DNA from: Eledone cirrhosa
Taxonomy: Eukaryota
Reading direction: 5' to 3'
DNA: 64,000 nucleotides
Assembly: GCA_964016885.1 (NCBI GenBank)
Contig: OZ024740.1
Span: forward strand, 74,772,001 to 74,836,000
The notes under the pieces are model-generated. The model saw nothing but the letters and a program-made list of their open reading frames with translations, had not been told where the DNA came from and ran no database searches. A program made the position numbers and the translations under genes. Shown piece by piece: positions 61,890-64,000 of this stretch (its first letter is position 1; each line of letters begins with the position of its first letter).

Positions 61890-63420
61890 TGATTATTCAA
61901 CAAATTTAGTTTAAATATAAAAAAGGACCACAAAAGGAATTTTGAAAGCGGAACTACCAGTCAGACTTATTGCACCATCTAAATCCGATCTAGGTATAAT
62001 TAGTAAACACATACTAGATAGAATCATACCAGCACTTAAGCATAAATCATACCTTAAACTTTGGAACGGTACAAACGAAGTGATCGATTAGTTCGCAGAC
62101 ATTAAATCAAAATATACCAAAAAAATATACAAATGGATATTGCTAACTCTTCAATAACCCCTAACCTACTTAATAAGGCACTAGTTTACGCATCAAAACA
62201 TACTGACTTATCTAGCGAGGAAATAAATATCATTTTAATTGCACGTAAAACCCTTATTGAATTCAACAACCACCTTTGGACTAGGACTGATAGACAGAAC
62301 AATTTTGATATCACAATGGGATCATCTGACTCAGCGCAGGCAATGGACCTCGCTGGAATATTTATTCTTACGTATTACATAGAAAAATGCTGGAGATGGC
62401 TGGAGGTTTATATCGCGACGATATGTTACTTATATTTGATAAGCATAGCAATAGCGAACTTAGTGGGAAAAGAAAATTATCATAGAATTTTTCAATAATT
62501 ATAACCTTAAATTAGAAATTGAAAATGATAATAGAATTGTTAATTTCTTAGATGTCACTTTAAACCTTAACTCAGGCCTATATTACCCTTTCCATAAGAT
62601 TAATGAAAACCTGAACTACGTAAGCTTCCATTCTAACCACCTTAGAAATATCAAAAATGCTATAGTCAATAGTGTCCAGCAAAGAATATCACGCATTTCA
62701 GCCAATAAAAATATGTTTGATAATAAAGCAGAATATTACAACGATGCTTTACACAGAGCTGGTTACATGAATAAAATTAAATACATAGATAACAATAATA
62801 TACAAAATCCTCTTAAAATTTACTATAATATTAATAATAAGCAAATTAACCTAGTAAATCAAACAAAAAAGCTAGAACTAGAAATATTATTTGGTACTCT
62901 CCTCAAATCTTCTTAGGAATTAAAACACCTTTAGCAAACCTATTTATCAAGGCATTAGATAAGTGTTTTCCTAAATCCCATAGATACCACTCTATTTTTA
63001 ACAGATACAATCAAACTATCTTACTCTACTACTATGAATATAGCACTTAGTATACAAATGCACCGTAAAAAAACTAGAGATAAATTATTTAACTATAAAA
63101 AGAGCCACTTCTACAAAATTTAAAGAATGCTGGTAAAATCACAAAACACACATTTAATAGATCGGACAAAAAATTCTCAACATCACTTTCACATCTAATT
63201 TGGTACTTAAAAGACAATAATATTGACTACTCAATCTCTTGGGGAACGATTTCGAAAGCGCCCGCATACCAGAATATGGCTCTCTCAAGAATTTGTCATT
63301 TATGTATTGAAGAAATCTTTCACATAATTACTAATAAAAAAAATGCTATAAACAAAAAGAAACAATTATTTAATTCTTGCATGCATCGACAGTCCAAGAC
63401 TTTTAGAAGTACCTATAATC
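61890..63420 (+). mobile_element. Degenerate Penelope-like element (RT and endonuclease region)
   Basis: FDITMGSSDSAQ, GLYRDD, VNFLDVTLNL, YVSFHSNH, YNDALHRAGY, RNIIWY, CHLCIEE, SCMHR motifs across frames. Confidence 0.88.
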
Positions 63421-64000
63421 TATAGAAAATATTATTTATAGCCTCTATATTATACCCAATTACATTTTATATGTCTTCACCGTGTTTTGTGAGATTTCTT
63501 TGTTATGTTTTTTAATGATATTTTTGAATATATTTTTTTGTGATATTTTAAATATTTTTGACTATATTTTTGATATTTGTTGAACTTTTTTCTAATAGAC
63601 TCTATAGACATTGTAAATCCATACATACAAATACTTAATATCATCCAATTTATCCATAGGTATAAGTAATGTTATCAAAATACATACATAACATTTTTAT
63701 CTTGGAACATATGTAATATATGATACTCTAAAATCATATATAAAATAATTTTTTCATATACTACAATTAGAATATAATTTGAAAGTATTTTCTAGACTAA
63801 TCGATAACTATAACTTAACTCTTTAAACTAAGAAATATTAGAGTTATCTTTTCCTTTGAAAAGAAGCATGTTTACACATAATATCTAAGTAACAGTTAAA
63901 CTTTACATAAATATTAAAATTTCGTAAATTTATTCCTATCTAGATGCAACTATTGAATATAAAAAATAGTATACATCTTCTATACTAAAATAGAACTACT

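Overview
AT-rich, microsatellite-dense, intron-containing animal DNA. The tRNA-derived SINE family suggests an octopod cephalopod (inference). The only host gene is a 4-coding-exon, 245-aa folate-receptor-family (FOLR) protein with a predicted signal peptide and GPI tail. It is present twice (29340-32519 and 46535-49715) in a recent ~17-kb near-identical tandem array spanning ~22551-59575. The array junction joins a Penelope-like element to a Helitron remnant. A minus-strand non-autonomous Helitron fills two copies and leaves an exact empty site in the third. The rest is nested TE debris: RTE LINEs, CsRn1-like Gypsy pieces and solo LTRs, a non-coding LTR element, Penelope elements, hAT/pogo MITEs, SINEs and fold-backs in (TA)n tracts. 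Two families of minimal hammerhead ribozymes (canonical C3-G8 and variant U3-A8 core) can be read directly from Penelope-type repeats. Most short ORFs in the track are microsatellite artefacts. All comparisons were made by eye.
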